This document shows positions 1 to 9,802 of a DNA stretch of 64,000 nt, piece after piece. Every line of letters starts with the position of its first letter. The stretch's first letter is position 1. Both the position numbers and the translations under genes were made by a program. The notes beneath the pieces are model-generated. The model worked only from the letters and a program-made list of their open reading frames with translations. It did not search any database and was not told the origin of the DNA. This stretch comes from an uncultured Nitrososphaerota archaeon (GTDB lineage: Archaea; Thermoproteota; Nitrososphaeria; Nitrososphaerales; Nitrosopumilaceae). The DNA is taken from assembly GCA_963701075.1 (NCBI GenBank), contig OY969559.1, positions 1,216,001 through 1,280,000 of the forward strand, given 5' to 3'.

Positions 1-30
1 TCGCATTTTGTACAAAACATAATTTTTCTC

Positions 31-1122
31 CTAACTTGTCTTCAGCTGCTTGCCACAGCTGGAACAGAACTTAGAATCAGTAGCGATATGTGCACCACAT
101 TGTGGACATAGAATTCCTTCCTGTGGTTTTGGTTGCTGTATTTGTTGTTGACTTGAACCGCAGTTTGGGCAGAAACTGTTGGAGGTAGGCATCATCATGC
201 TGCATTTGGGACATTGTTTCATTGGCGGCTGGTACATTCCTTGCCCCATCTGACCTGCCATGGCATACCCTATTCCAGTGCCTGCTCCGAATCCTACTCC
301 CATGCCGGCTCCTAAACCTGCAATTCCTCCTTGATTCTTTGCAGCATCTGTCATTGCCTGCCCTGCTTGGTATTGCATGTAATTGACTCCAAGCACTGAC
401 ATTTCTGACCGTGTGTTGATTGCCTTTTGCACCTCTTCTGGTAGACTGATTGTAATTCCTGATATCTTGTTAATTTCTATTCCATACTGTCCAAAGTTAG
501 TTGGCGCATTGGCAAGTACAATTTGTTCAATGTTTTGAAGATTGGTGGCAATGTCGGTAATTTTCAAACCATTGTCTTTCATCTTTCCTATTGCATTGAA
601 CACAAGAAGAACCATCTGCTGCTTGAGCCTTGTCTCTATGTCATCTGAGGTCTGGGCTGCAAATGTTCCAACAAATTGGTTGATAAAGTTCTCAGGTTGT
701 GATATTTTCCATCTAAATTCTCCAAATATTCTAAGATTCACTATGCCAAAGACAGGATCGACAAATTGGTACGGCTCTGCTGAACCAAATTTGCCGTCAA
801 GATATCTGTTCTGCAAATAGTAGACTTCTGCTGCCTGCTGCACTCCAGTGAAGAATTTTAAAAGACCGCCAACTATTGGCGCATTAAAATCGGTAAGGGC
901 GTATCTGTTTGGCTTATCAAAATAAGTCAAAGCCTTTCCGTCTCTGAAAAAGACGGCAATCTCGTCTTCTCTGATCACAATGTTGTCATTTAGTCTGATA
1001 AGGCGTGGAACCTTCCACATTATGTTGCCTTCCTTGTATTGTGAATTCCACTCTATTGTGGTAGACCCTGCTATGCTACTGCCTCCTCCTACACCACTTG
1101 GATCTTTTTTATGCCCAAACAT
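31..1122 (-). CDS. SPFH/band-7 domain protein with C-terminal double zinc ribbon (YdjI-like)
   Basis: SPFH-like body, Gly-rich GAGMGVGFG linker, two CxxC...FCxxCG zinc ribbons. Confidence 0.85.
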   Translation of the reverse strand: MFGHKKDPSGVGGGSSIAGSTTIEWNSQYKEGNIMWKVPRLIRLNDNIVIREDEIAVFFRDGKALTYFDKPNRYALTDFNAPIVGGLLKFFTGVQQAAEVYYLQNRYLDGKFGSAEPYQFVDPVFGIVNLRIFGEFRWKISQPENFINQFVGTFAAQTSDDIETRLKQQMVLLVFNAIGKMKDNGLKITDIATNLQNIEQIVLANAPTNFGQYGIEINKISGITISLPEEVQKAINTRSEMSVLGVNYMQYQAGQAMTDAAKNQGGIAGLGAGMGVGFGAGTGIGYAMAGQMGQGMYQPPMKQCPKCSMMMPTSNSFCPNCGSSQQQIQQPKPQEGILCPQCGAHIATDSKFCSSCGKQLKTS

Positions 1123-1170
1123 TTACAGTTCACTTTTTACCTTTCTTATTATTATCATTTCTATTGATTC

Positions 1171-1728
1171 CTACTTTGTCACCAATATGTTTTCAACAGA
1201 TTCAAGCCTCTGCTTCCAGGCGTGTTTAAAGTCTTCTAGCATGGGGCTAATCTTGGCAGCGATTGCTTGTGCAGTTGATGTTCCAGAGGTATATTCGGTC
1301 AATGATCCTGTAACTGTAGAAGAGATCTGTTCAGCGCTATTGACAAAATTATAATCATATTCGTATAGCTTGTTCAGCGTATTCTCGTCGATTCTTATGT
1401 TAGGAGATATGCCTGCAGAGCCTTGCTGGGAGTGAAGCACCTCTCCTGAAACTTGTTGCATCTGTGAAATGATTGATCCAACTGAAGTCAGACTAGTAAA
1501 ATCGCCCTTGTCAGACATTGCTTTTCTCAATGTCTCCAATTTGCTTTTTGACTCGTCAAGTTTATCAAAAACTTGTTTTCGCAATAACTCATCTGCTGCC
1601 CTGATATCTTCTAGTTTGCGATATTCTTTGAGTGCAGGTATGGCAAGCTGCAGCTTTTTGAAAAAGCCACGGCTTTGGTCTACTTTTTCTCTTAGGTCTG
1701 GATTATTTCCTGACATTATGTTCACCAT
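1171..1728 (-). CDS. Conserved helical hypothetical protein, probably co-transcribed with the SPFH gene
   Basis: 185-aa ORF 48 bp upstream of the SPFH gene on the same strand; YRKLEDIRAADELLR motif. Confidence 0.7.
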   Translation of the reverse strand: MVNIMSGNNPDLREKVDQSRGFFKKLQLAIPALKEYRKLEDIRAADELLRKQVFDKLDESKSKLETLRKAMSDKGDFTSLTSVGSIISQMQQVSGEVLHSQQGSAGISPNIRIDENTLNKLYEYDYNFVNSAEQISSTVTGSLTEYTSGTSTAQAIAAKISPMLEDFKHAWKQRLESVENILVTK

Positions 1729-1801
1729 ATGTAATTACATCGCTTAAGGATTGCGTAACTAATGTAATGTTGATAATTTCACAAAGGCATGTCATGGGTT
1801 T

Positions 1802-2596
1802 CTATACCACGATTATTCCGTTGGTGATGAGCCACTGGATTCCTTTTACAAAGTCGCCATCAGAGATTTGTCCCTCTGCCCACCAGCCAGCATTGGTTTT
1901 AATCCATGATGGAATCGGGGGTGTCCCAGATGTTGTAGTTGAACCACCTGATTGTGTTGGTATTTGTATTATTCCATGCTGTATCAGGTATTGTAGACCT
2001 TGAATGAATTGGCTGTCTCCTATCTGTCCCTGTGACCACCACTTTGCATTGTTTTTGACCCATGCTGGAATCACTGTGTTTTGAGTCCCATTGGATGGTG
2101 CAGGTGTTGTTGAATTGGTACTTGCAGTTGAACTGGCACTTGTAGAGTTGGTACTTGCAGTTGATCCTCCCCCGAGATTAATGGTAAATGTTGCAGTCTC
2201 TGGTGGTATCGGCTGGAAAAGTATTCCGTCTACTTCTACAATCACTTGATATGTTGCAGCATCAGGTAATTGACATGGAATGGTAACTGATCCCTCTGCT
2301 GTATGCAGTACTGGAGTACCGCAGATCTGATTGCTTCCTTCCATCACGGCTACCTTGTAGTCTATGTGTGGTTGAACCGCCTGAGTTGATTTATTGATAA
2401 AGCTTATCTGAAGATTTGTAGAATTGCCGGGGATTGGATTTGAAGGATCTGTTGCAAAGCCAACATCAATGGTTCCGCCGCTTGTTGGTTTGATGACTTG
2501 ATCGGCATAGGCTGGTATTACCATAATTGTAACAATTGCTAAAAATCCAAAATATATCGATAGTTTTCCCTTGGAGCCAAAACCTGTGCCTCTCAT
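1802..2596 (-). CDS. Secreted protein with thaumarchaeal IPSWIKNNAGWW repeats
   Basis: Signal peptide, Ser/Thr linker, two IP(A/S)W(V/I)KxNAxWW...FxxGxQxLI motifs. Confidence 0.8.
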   Translation of the reverse strand: MRGTGFGSKGKLSIYFGFLAIVTIMVIPAYADQVIKPTSGGTIDVGFATDPSNPIPGNSTNLQISFINKSTQAVQPHIDYKVAVMEGSNQICGTPVLHTAEGSVTIPCQLPDAATYQVIVEVDGILFQPIPPETATFTINLGGGSTASTNSTSASSTASTNSTTPAPSNGTQNTVIPAWVKNNAKWWSQGQIGDSQFIQGLQYLIQHGIIQIPTQSGGSTTTSGTPPIPSWIKTNAGWWAEGQISDGDFVKGIQWLITNGIIVV

Positions 2597-2732
2597 GTGT
2601 TACCTTGTTGTAGACTATATATAAAAAAACTGGAACAAGGATCAGCATTCCTTTTAAATTTTGGTGTTAGGCGGTGGCCCTGAAAAGATTCAAAAATTCA
2701 GCAGCTTTTCTTTATTTGTGCATGAACAATAA

Positions 2733-4016
2733 ATGATTATTAGAAATTTTAAGCAGCTTGCAACAACTGGCAACAAAAAATTAGCATTATCGATAGTTGA
2801 GCAGGGAATTTCTAACGCCTTGCCCAATGCCGCCTTGGGAAAGATTGTAAAACAAAACTTTCTCCAGATGGGAAGAAAAAAGATATCACTTGAGAGATAT
2901 CGACGGATCTACATAGTTGCTATTGGAAAATCAGCAGATTTGATGACAAGTACCGTGGATTCGTTAACTAGGATTCATGGGGGAATGGTGGTTATACCAG
3001 ACAAGACTTGTTCTTTGATTAGGAAAAAAAAATTCACCTTGATACGATCAGGCCATCCTGTTCCTACAGCAAATAGTATCATGGCTACCAAAAAAATTAT
3101 CGCGTTCCTCAAGTTATTGGAGGGAACAGACTTGGTCATATTTCTAATCTCTGGCGGTGCATCTTCACTAGTGTCTCTCCCTGATGGAATATCATTGCAA
3201 GATAAACAACTCGTGACTCATCTCCTGCTAAGATCTGGCGCGAACATACGTGAGATAAACTGTGTAAGAAAACATCTATCTAAAGTAAAAGGCGGAAGGC
3301 TGGTAGAATCGCTTAGGTGCCATGCTGTATCGCTTGTAATGTCAGATGTGGTAGGAGATGATCTGTCTGTGATCGCATCTGGAATCACATATTGTGACAA
3401 ATCTACTTTTTGTGATGCAAAAAAAGTTCTAATAAAATATCATCTCAAAAATCTAGTTCCAAAGCCGGTCTGGGCAAGAATTATTCTTGGAACAAAAGGG
3501 GTCATACCTGAAACTCCAAAAAAACCCAAGATTCCAAATTACATTATTCAATCTAACCGAAACTGTGTTGATCTCATGAAAACTCGTGCACAAAAACTCG
3601 GATTTGCCACAAAAGCAATCTATTCTATAGAAGGCAATGTGAGTGATGCAGCATCTGAAATTTCAAAACATGTTTCAAGATCTCAAAACTTTTGTCTTGT
3701 CTTTGGAGGCGAGACGACCGTTGCAGTAAAAGGAAAAGGAAAAGGTGGACGAAATCAGGAACTAGTCTTGAATCTGTTGAAGAAATTAAAAGATCGTGAC
3801 AAGAAAATGACTATTGTATCTGTAGGGACTGACGGAATAGACGGAAATACTCTTGCTGCAGGCTCTATTGCAGATTATTCCATGCCACTAGAGCCTATCG
3901 GCAAATATCTAAATGAGAATAATTCGTATCACTACTTTAAGAAATATGGCGGATTGATCTTTACAGGATCGACTCACACCAATCTTATGGATATTGGTTT
4001 GGTGTTACTGCAATAG
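2733..4016 (+). CDS. Glycerate 2-kinase (DUF4147/MOFRL family)
   Basis: AIGKSA, GHPVP, LISGGASSL, GGETTV, GGRNQE, GTDGIDG, THTNLMD motifs. Confidence 0.9.
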   Translation: MIIRNFKQLATTGNKKLALSIVEQGISNALPNAALGKIVKQNFLQMGRKKISLERYRRIYIVAIGKSADLMTSTVDSLTRIHGGMVVIPDKTCSLIRKKKFTLIRSGHPVPTANSIMATKKIIAFLKLLEGTDLVIFLISGGASSLVSLPDGISLQDKQLVTHLLLRSGANIREINCVRKHLSKVKGGRLVESLRCHAVSLVMSDVVGDDLSVIASGITYCDKSTFCDAKKVLIKYHLKNLVPKPVWARIILGTKGVIPETPKKPKIPNYIIQSNRNCVDLMKTRAQKLGFATKAIYSIEGNVSDAASEISKHVSRSQNFCLVFGGETTVAVKGKGKGGRNQELVLNLLKKLKDRDKKMTIVSVGTDGIDGNTLAAGSIADYSMPLEPIGKYLNENNSYHYFKKYGGLIFTGSTHTNLMDIGLVLLQ

Positions 4017-4388
4017 TGGAGATGCCCTGTTTTGCTGTGACTCGATCAGATGATACTTAACCTGTAGCCCTCTCTGATCTATTAATTGCTGGATAAATTT
4101 AGTTTTAGAAATTATGAATGGATCGCTGACAATTTTATTTTCTGCAAGATGTTCAAACATAGATTTTAGATCAAGCATGACATTTACAGTGTCAGCATTT
4201 TTTATTATGAATCTGCCAATCCCCCAGAAGATGCCAACATGCAGCGCAATGTATTTTGATTGTTCTGTAGACACTATGCCATAGTAATTTTCTGCATGAA
4301 CTCTGGTCTGTTCTACTTGCGTCTCATTATTTTCAATTATCCATGATATTGTTTTTGTGTTTCCATCAAAATAGTAAGTGTGATCCAT
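4005..4388 (-). CDS. Hypothetical protein with RNase HI-like fold
   Basis: YYFDG, KYIALHVGI, VMLD, NRAS spacing resembles RNase HI motifs. Confidence 0.5.
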   Translation of the reverse strand: MDHTYYFDGNTKTISWIIENNETQVEQTRVHAENYYGIVSTEQSKYIALHVGIFWGIGRFIIKNADTVNVMLDLKSMFEHLAENKIVSDPFIISKTKFIQQLIDQRGLQVKYHLIESQQNRASPLLQ

Positions 4389-4458
4389 ATGTCAATCAAA
4401 AAGGCGTTGATTGTCTATATATTTTGAATATACAACTGAATAACAAAAATAAAAATCT

Positions 4459-4671
4459 GTGTTCGTGCTAGAAGCTAATTCATTCTTCACAAATATGGTC
4501 GACGAGTTAGTCGAGTTCTCAGCATATGATCCGGAGCTTGCTGAAGGACTCAAGTGGATCGACAGCGAAGCACAAAAACGAGGAATCACTTTCTATGAGA
4601 TGGTCTTTCATGTTCTTCACAGATATGACGTCGATACGCGTGCAAAGGACTGGCTTTCAAAAAGAAATTAA
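4459..4671 (+). CDS. Small conserved hypothetical protein (start may be ATG 4495)
   Basis: ORF sharing DxExxxxGI(T/S)FY(E/D)M motif with 9187..9426. Confidence 0.7.
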   Translation: MFVLEANSFFTNMVDELVEFSAYDPELAEGLKWIDSEAQKRGITFYEMVFHVLHRYDVDTRAKDWLSKRN

Positions 4672-4754
4672 GATCTAAATTTTAGTAACACTATAGATAT
4701 CTGAAAATTGATCTTCAGGCAATCTTTAAGATCATCTAGAGCACATTTCTTGAC

Positions 4755-5195
4755 ATGGAAAAGAAATTCAAAAGAGCACCAAGGAAACTTTTTGACAGGT
4801 TTTCATCATATTTTCCGTATTCTACGGTGGACATTGTTATACGAAACAGTGACTCTTTCATCTTGGCAAAAAGGACAATTCCTCCATACAAAAACAAATG
4901 GAATCTTCCTGGCGGAGTTGTTTTTAAAACAGAAAAGTTGGTTGATGCTGCAAAAAGAGTTACAAAAGAAGAACTTGGAATAACTGTCACGACTGAAAGG
5001 TTTCTTGGAGTTTATGAAAACCCCGTCTTATCAAGGCATGACATATCACATGTTTTTATTGCATCCATTTTAAAAGGAAAAATAGTGCGTGATTTTCAGA
5101 GTAGTGAAGTAAAATTCTTTAAAAATGCTCCGCAAAACATGGTGCCATACCAGAAAAAAATAGTGCGTGATGCGCAGTTATTTTTTGAAAGTTAA
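4755..5195 (+). CDS. NUDIX hydrolase
   Basis: Nudix box LPGG...E...AAKRVTKEELG. Confidence 0.9.
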   Translation: MEKKFKRAPRKLFDRFSSYFPYSTVDIVIRNSDSFILAKRTIPPYKNKWNLPGGVVFKTEKLVDAAKRVTKEELGITVTTERFLGVYENPVLSRHDISHVFIASILKGKIVRDFQSSEVKFFKNAPQNMVPYQKKIVRDAQLFFES

Positions 5196-5196
5196 T

Positions 5197-5379
5197 CTAG
5201 GTTACTGCTGAACAAATATCGCCGAACACATCTGGATTGTATTGTCCGGCATACATCTTGATGCTCTTGTCGCGCGGAATAATTTTGCAAATCACCTGCG
5301 GAATGAGAAAATCAGCCATAACGTATACGCCTATGAGCAAACATCCAACTACAATAATAATGCCAAATGGTATCTTCAT
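5197..5379 (-). CDS. Small membrane protein
   Basis: 60-aa ORF with N-terminal hydrophobic helix. Confidence 0.5.
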   Translation of the reverse strand: MKIPFGIIIVVGCLLIGVYVMADFLIPQVICKIIPRDKSIKMYAGQYNPDVFGDICSAVT

Positions 5380-5559
5380 ATCTTGGCAGTGTAGTGGGCC
5401 TGTATAATAATCATTTAGTGGTTTTTCTAACTTGAGCTTTGTTTGTCATTCCTCTCGATCTATCCTGTCTTACACTCTACCTTGCTTCATAAACACATTC
5501 CACCACGTCTATCATAATTGACGAAAGACACGATAGGTGAGTTTCTTCAAGTAAAATGA

Positions 5560-7704
5560 TTATTTCGGTAACACTATTGTAAAGACCGTAGGGTTTGGAT
5601 TTACAGATATTGTTCCACCGTGTTGAGCAATGATATTTTTACAATATGGCAATCCCAAGCCTGTACCACTTTTTTTAGTGGTAAATAGCGGGTCAAAAAT
5701 TCTAGGCATGATCTCAGGCGGAATGCTCTCTCCTGAATTTTCTACTTCTATAATCACATCCGTTCCTGTCTCCTTACTTCTTACTATTATTTTTCCAGTG
5801 TTTCCCATTGCTTCAATGGCATTGGTAAATAGATTCATGAATACAACTTGAATTTTGTGAGGATCACACCTACAAACAATGTCCTTCTCTGGTAATTGTA
5901 TGGATATAGTATCTGGTTTTTTGACCAAGCTTACTGCATCGTTTAAAATTTCATTCAGAGATTTCTTTTCTAATTCTAGCGTTTCGTCTCTAATGAAATT
6001 CATGAGATCTTCTATCTGGGTAAGCATGGAGTCTGAAGCCTTCTTGATCGCCTCACTTTTTGCAATAATGTTTTCATTGCCGTCTTTTTTTGCTACCATA
6101 TTGATAAGTTCTGCATTCATCATCATGACATGAAGGGGATTTCGAAGATTGTGGTTCATTTGGGATATCTTCTCTCCAATTGACGCAAGCTTGGCAGACT
6201 GTTTTTTTTCCTTTCTTAGGTTTTCATTTACTTCCTCTAATCTTCCTACTAGTCTGAGCACCTCTTTGTACTGCTCTTGTAGCCTCTGGTTATTTGCCTC
6301 TAGGGTTTTCCTGACATCGTAAATCTCAGTCATGTCTCTCAGAGAGACAGTTCTTCCTATCACTTTGCCATTATAATCATAGATGTTGGTACCGCTAAGC
6401 AGTGCTGGAAATACAGTCTTGTCCTTTCTCTTTAACCATATCTCTTTGTTTATTATTTTTCTACTGGTCTTCCACTCTTTGAATTGTGACGACATTTCAG
6501 TCAGACTATTTTCTGCCGTATGATCCAGAATTGGCATTCCTACGGCTTCTTCTCTAGTGTATCCAAGATTTTCTGCGTAAGCTCTGTTGCAATCTGTAAT
6601 GATTCCATTGAGATCTATAGTTCGTAAAAGATCCGGTGAATTTTCATACAAGTTTCTGTATTTCAGTCCTAATTCTGTTTCTATTCTTGAAGCTTTCAGA
6701 CTCTTTCTGATTAAAAAGAGTATAACGCATATCGTTATTGTAAAAACTATTACTAATTCAATAATTTGCGAGAAGTAAATAGCGTTGGAATCTGCATAGA
6801 TCGAGTCTGTAGGGGTGATAACAAAGACAAAATATTGATTTTCACCGTTTATCTCAACAGGATATCCAGTGTTGATTCTTTCACCGCCAAAATTGTAGAT
6901 GGATGATGACGGAGTACCTGAAAACACTGTGCTGTACTGTTTGTTCTGTACATCATTTCTTCCAAAATATGATTGAACTTTATCGCTAAAGTAGCTATCA
7001 CCGATTAGAAATTTTCTTGGAGTTGAAAGATATGTCTGATTCTTGTCAAAGATGTTAGAAAATTGTGATTGTGTGCTTGACGCATTTGCAAGTTTACTAA
7101 AATAAAGATCAGATGGTGTACTTGCGCCTATTATTCCTATTAGATTCTTATCCTTATCAAAAATAGGATATGATACAGCTATTCTGAATTTACCATCAAT
7201 ACCATAAAAGCCATTAGAAACCTGTTCTTTCAAAGTGGAATGAACTGTTTTAATATCTTCTCTGTATGCTAGGCTTTTACCATTAAAGGTCAGATTATTG
7301 TAATTAACTCCATCAATTATGATATCATTTTTATCTAGAAGGTACAAAATCGTGTCAGGAAAATCTTGTTCAACATTTTGAAATGTGTTCTCTAGCATGC
7401 TATGTGTTTGTTCACTTTGAAAATTCTTGACATCAGACAAGTCTGCCGCACTGTCTCCAATTTTTGTTTCAATATCTTCCAACTGGGAACTAACTGCTAA
7501 TGCAATTACATGATTATCTATTAATTGCAGATTCGCTTGTTTTTTTAATAAAGACTCTGTAACACTTGCTTGATTTAATTCCAATATCGTAAATACAACA
7601 AAAAATACTGCTATTATTATTACAACAAGAATTATCTCAATGAAATAAGTACGAAGTATTTCAGAATTTATACTACTTTTCACAATGTAAAAGGTTATTT
7701 CCAT
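5560..7704 (-). CDS. Membrane sensor histidine kinase (Cache, PAS, HisKA, HATPase)
   Basis: Two TM helices, PAS fold, HNLRNPL H-box, NLFTNA N-box, FTTKKSGTGLGL. Confidence 0.9.
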   Translation of the reverse strand: MEITFYIVKSSINSEILRTYFIEIILVVIIIAVFFVVFTILELNQASVTESLLKKQANLQLIDNHVIALAVSSQLEDIETKIGDSAADLSDVKNFQSEQTHSMLENTFQNVEQDFPDTILYLLDKNDIIIDGVNYNNLTFNGKSLAYREDIKTVHSTLKEQVSNGFYGIDGKFRIAVSYPIFDKDKNLIGIIGASTPSDLYFSKLANASSTQSQFSNIFDKNQTYLSTPRKFLIGDSYFSDKVQSYFGRNDVQNKQYSTVFSGTPSSSIYNFGGERINTGYPVEINGENQYFVFVITPTDSIYADSNAIYFSQIIELVIVFTITICVILFLIRKSLKASRIETELGLKYRNLYENSPDLLRTIDLNGIITDCNRAYAENLGYTREEAVGMPILDHTAENSLTEMSSQFKEWKTSRKIINKEIWLKRKDKTVFPALLSGTNIYDYNGKVIGRTVSLRDMTEIYDVRKTLEANNQRLQEQYKEVLRLVGRLEEVNENLRKEKKQSAKLASIGEKISQMNHNLRNPLHVMMMNAELINMVAKKDGNENIIAKSEAIKKASDSMLTQIEDLMNFIRDETLELEKKSLNEILNDAVSLVKKPDTISIQLPEKDIVCRCDPHKIQVVFMNLFTNAIEAMGNTGKIIVRSKETGTDVIIEVENSGESIPPEIMPRIFDPLFTTKKSGTGLGLPYCKNIIAQHGGTISVNPNPTVFTIVLPK

Positions 7705-7856
7705 AATATTAAGGAGCAGTTTTCTTATTTTAAAAAATTAGATACCATCTTTATCTCAGAGGCGATACACAAGATAGTAAAAGAAGATGACTCGAGGCGT
7801 TAGAGTTGTATTGTAATGGCGCTTTGTGTAGTTTAACTAATCAATTTCCAATCATG

Positions 7857-9029
7857 TCATACTGCCGCTTGTCTTTTTTCAATAGGTACGTACTCGCAAC
7901 CTGAGGGCCCACAATATTTTCCTACGTACACTGCCTTTGGTCTGTAAAGCATGGGCTTTGGCTGGGCTTCGGCAAATTTTTCTTCAATGATGTGTGCGGT
8001 CCATCCAGCAGCTCTGGAAATCGCAAAGATTGGAGTGTTAAGATCCATGGGTATGCCTAGCATGTAGTATGTTGATGCACTGTACAGGTCTACATTTGGA
8101 AAAATGTCTGACCCCTTTACCTTTTTCATTTCTTCTTCTGTCACGTCCTCTACTTTCTTTGTTATTCTGTACCAGGGCTGTCCTGTCTTCTCTGACAGTC
8201 TGCGAGAAAGTTCTCTCAAGACTTCGGCTCTAGGATCAAATGTCTTATACACTGCATGACCCATTCCCATTATCCTTTCGCCTTTTGCAAGTTTTTCTTT
8301 TATCTTGGACTCTGCTCTATCTTCGGTTTGAATATCTAAAAGCATCTTCATGACTTGAAAGTTTGCTCCTCCGTGAAGCTCCCCACTGAGTGCCCCTATC
8401 GCAGCACCGACTGCGGCATACATGTGAGCCCGAGTTGAGGCCACTTCTCTTGCAGCAAAGGTAGATGCGTTAAAACTGTGTTCAGCATGTAAAATCAAAC
8501 ATATATCAAAAATTCTTGCAACCTCTGGATCTGGCTCCTTTCCAGTCAGCATGTAGAGAAAATTTCCTGCATGACCTAACTTCTTTGAAGGCCTAACAAC
8601 GTCTTTGTCATTTCTAATTCTATCCCAATATGCTATGATTATTGGAATCTTTGAGATTAGATCTATTGCCCTGTTATAATTGGCCTTATGGTCGTCTCCT
8701 TTTTCCTTGTCATAGACGGCTAATTCTGATATGCGGGACTGGATGACATCCATCGGGTTGGCTGTCTTGGGAAGATTTTTTAGATTTTTCTCAATGTTTT
8801 CTGGTATCTCTCTTGTTTCAACCAATTTGCTTGCAAATTCATCTAAAGTCTTATCCGTTGGAAGGTCATCATTGAGGAGTAGACAGGCCGTTTCCTCAAA
8901 ATTGGATTTTTTTACCAGGTCTAAAATGTCATATCCTCTATAGATTAGTTTTCCATTGATGCCATCTATTGCACAAATTTTTGTATCTGCAACTTCGATA
9001 TTTCGAAGTCCTATGTTCTTTGTTTCCAC
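7857..9029 (-). CDS. gltA: Citrate synthase
   Basis: HAEHSFNAST, LHGGAN, GMGHAVYK, PNVDLYS motifs. Confidence 0.95.
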   Translation of the reverse strand: METKNIGLRNIEVADTKICAIDGINGKLIYRGYDILDLVKKSNFEETACLLLNDDLPTDKTLDEFASKLVETREIPENIEKNLKNLPKTANPMDVIQSRISELAVYDKEKGDDHKANYNRAIDLISKIPIIIAYWDRIRNDKDVVRPSKKLGHAGNFLYMLTGKEPDPEVARIFDICLILHAEHSFNASTFAAREVASTRAHMYAAVGAAIGALSGELHGGANFQVMKMLLDIQTEDRAESKIKEKLAKGERIMGMGHAVYKTFDPRAEVLRELSRRLSEKTGQPWYRITKKVEDVTEEEMKKVKGSDIFPNVDLYSASTYYMLGIPMDLNTPIFAISRAAGWTAHIIEEKFAEAQPKPMLYRPKAVYVGKYCGPSGCEYVPIEKRQAAV

Positions 9030-9186
9030 TAGCTTTCATTGCGTCAAATGTGTATTAAAAATCTACTATACAATACGTCTAGTTTACATAGGAAAATAAT
9101 TATGACTTGATAAAAATGGCGGAAAATTAAGTACTTGGTCTAATCTCACAACTCTATAGCATATAGCAAAATTTCCAAAGGACTGC

Positions 9187-9426
9187 ATGAAAATGGTTCA
9201 ATTAGAAGAGGACTTTATCAAATTAGTTGATAGTTTCGTGGTTGAAACCCGGGATCAGAAAATCTTGGATGAAATATCACAACTTGACAGGGAATCAAGA
9301 CTACTTGGAATCTCATTTTATGACATGTATTGTCTGGTTTTACAAGATGAGACAAAGCACAGAAACTTGGTTTCAGAATTCAAACATTACACGGGTCTGA
9401 AAAAACCATCTACTTTTGTAGCTTGA
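9187..9426 (+). CDS. Small conserved hypothetical protein
   Basis: 79-aa ORF, paralogous motif with 4459..4671. Confidence 0.7.
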   Translation: MKMVQLEEDFIKLVDSFVVETRDQKILDEISQLDRESRLLGISFYDMYCLVLQDETKHRNLVSEFKHYTGLKKPSTFVA

Positions 9427-9448
9427 ATCAATTATTGAAATCGCGTCG

Positions 9449-9462
9449 TTTTTGATTTAAAT
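9449..9462 (+). repeat. Putative attL core
   Basis: Identical to 23102-23115. Confidence 0.65.
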
Positions 9463-9802
9463 CGAGTATTAAAATGCGTCTATTTTGATTTTCTAAAGGA
9501 TTTCACAACATTTTCCAGACTGCTTCTTAACATCATCATTCCATCATTGTTATTGGCATAGGGGGGAAAAATCGCAGATGTCTTAAATCAAATCGAGAGC
9601 AGACCTTCAAGCAGATCTGAAAAAAGCGTCGAGCACGATCAGAGAAGCAATTGATGACATGATGGATAGCACTTCACCAAGACAAATGGGAAGTAAGTGT
9701 AGACAAAGAATTACAAGATTCAGATTGGAAGCGAAATGTAGAATCGTGATCATTATGAAAATCTAATGAAATTTAATACCTAATTATTGATTCATAAATA
9801 GA

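Noticed and set aside
9540-9770. Short open frame inside the left end of the element
   Set aside because: No convincing start or recognisable motif; possibly a remnant
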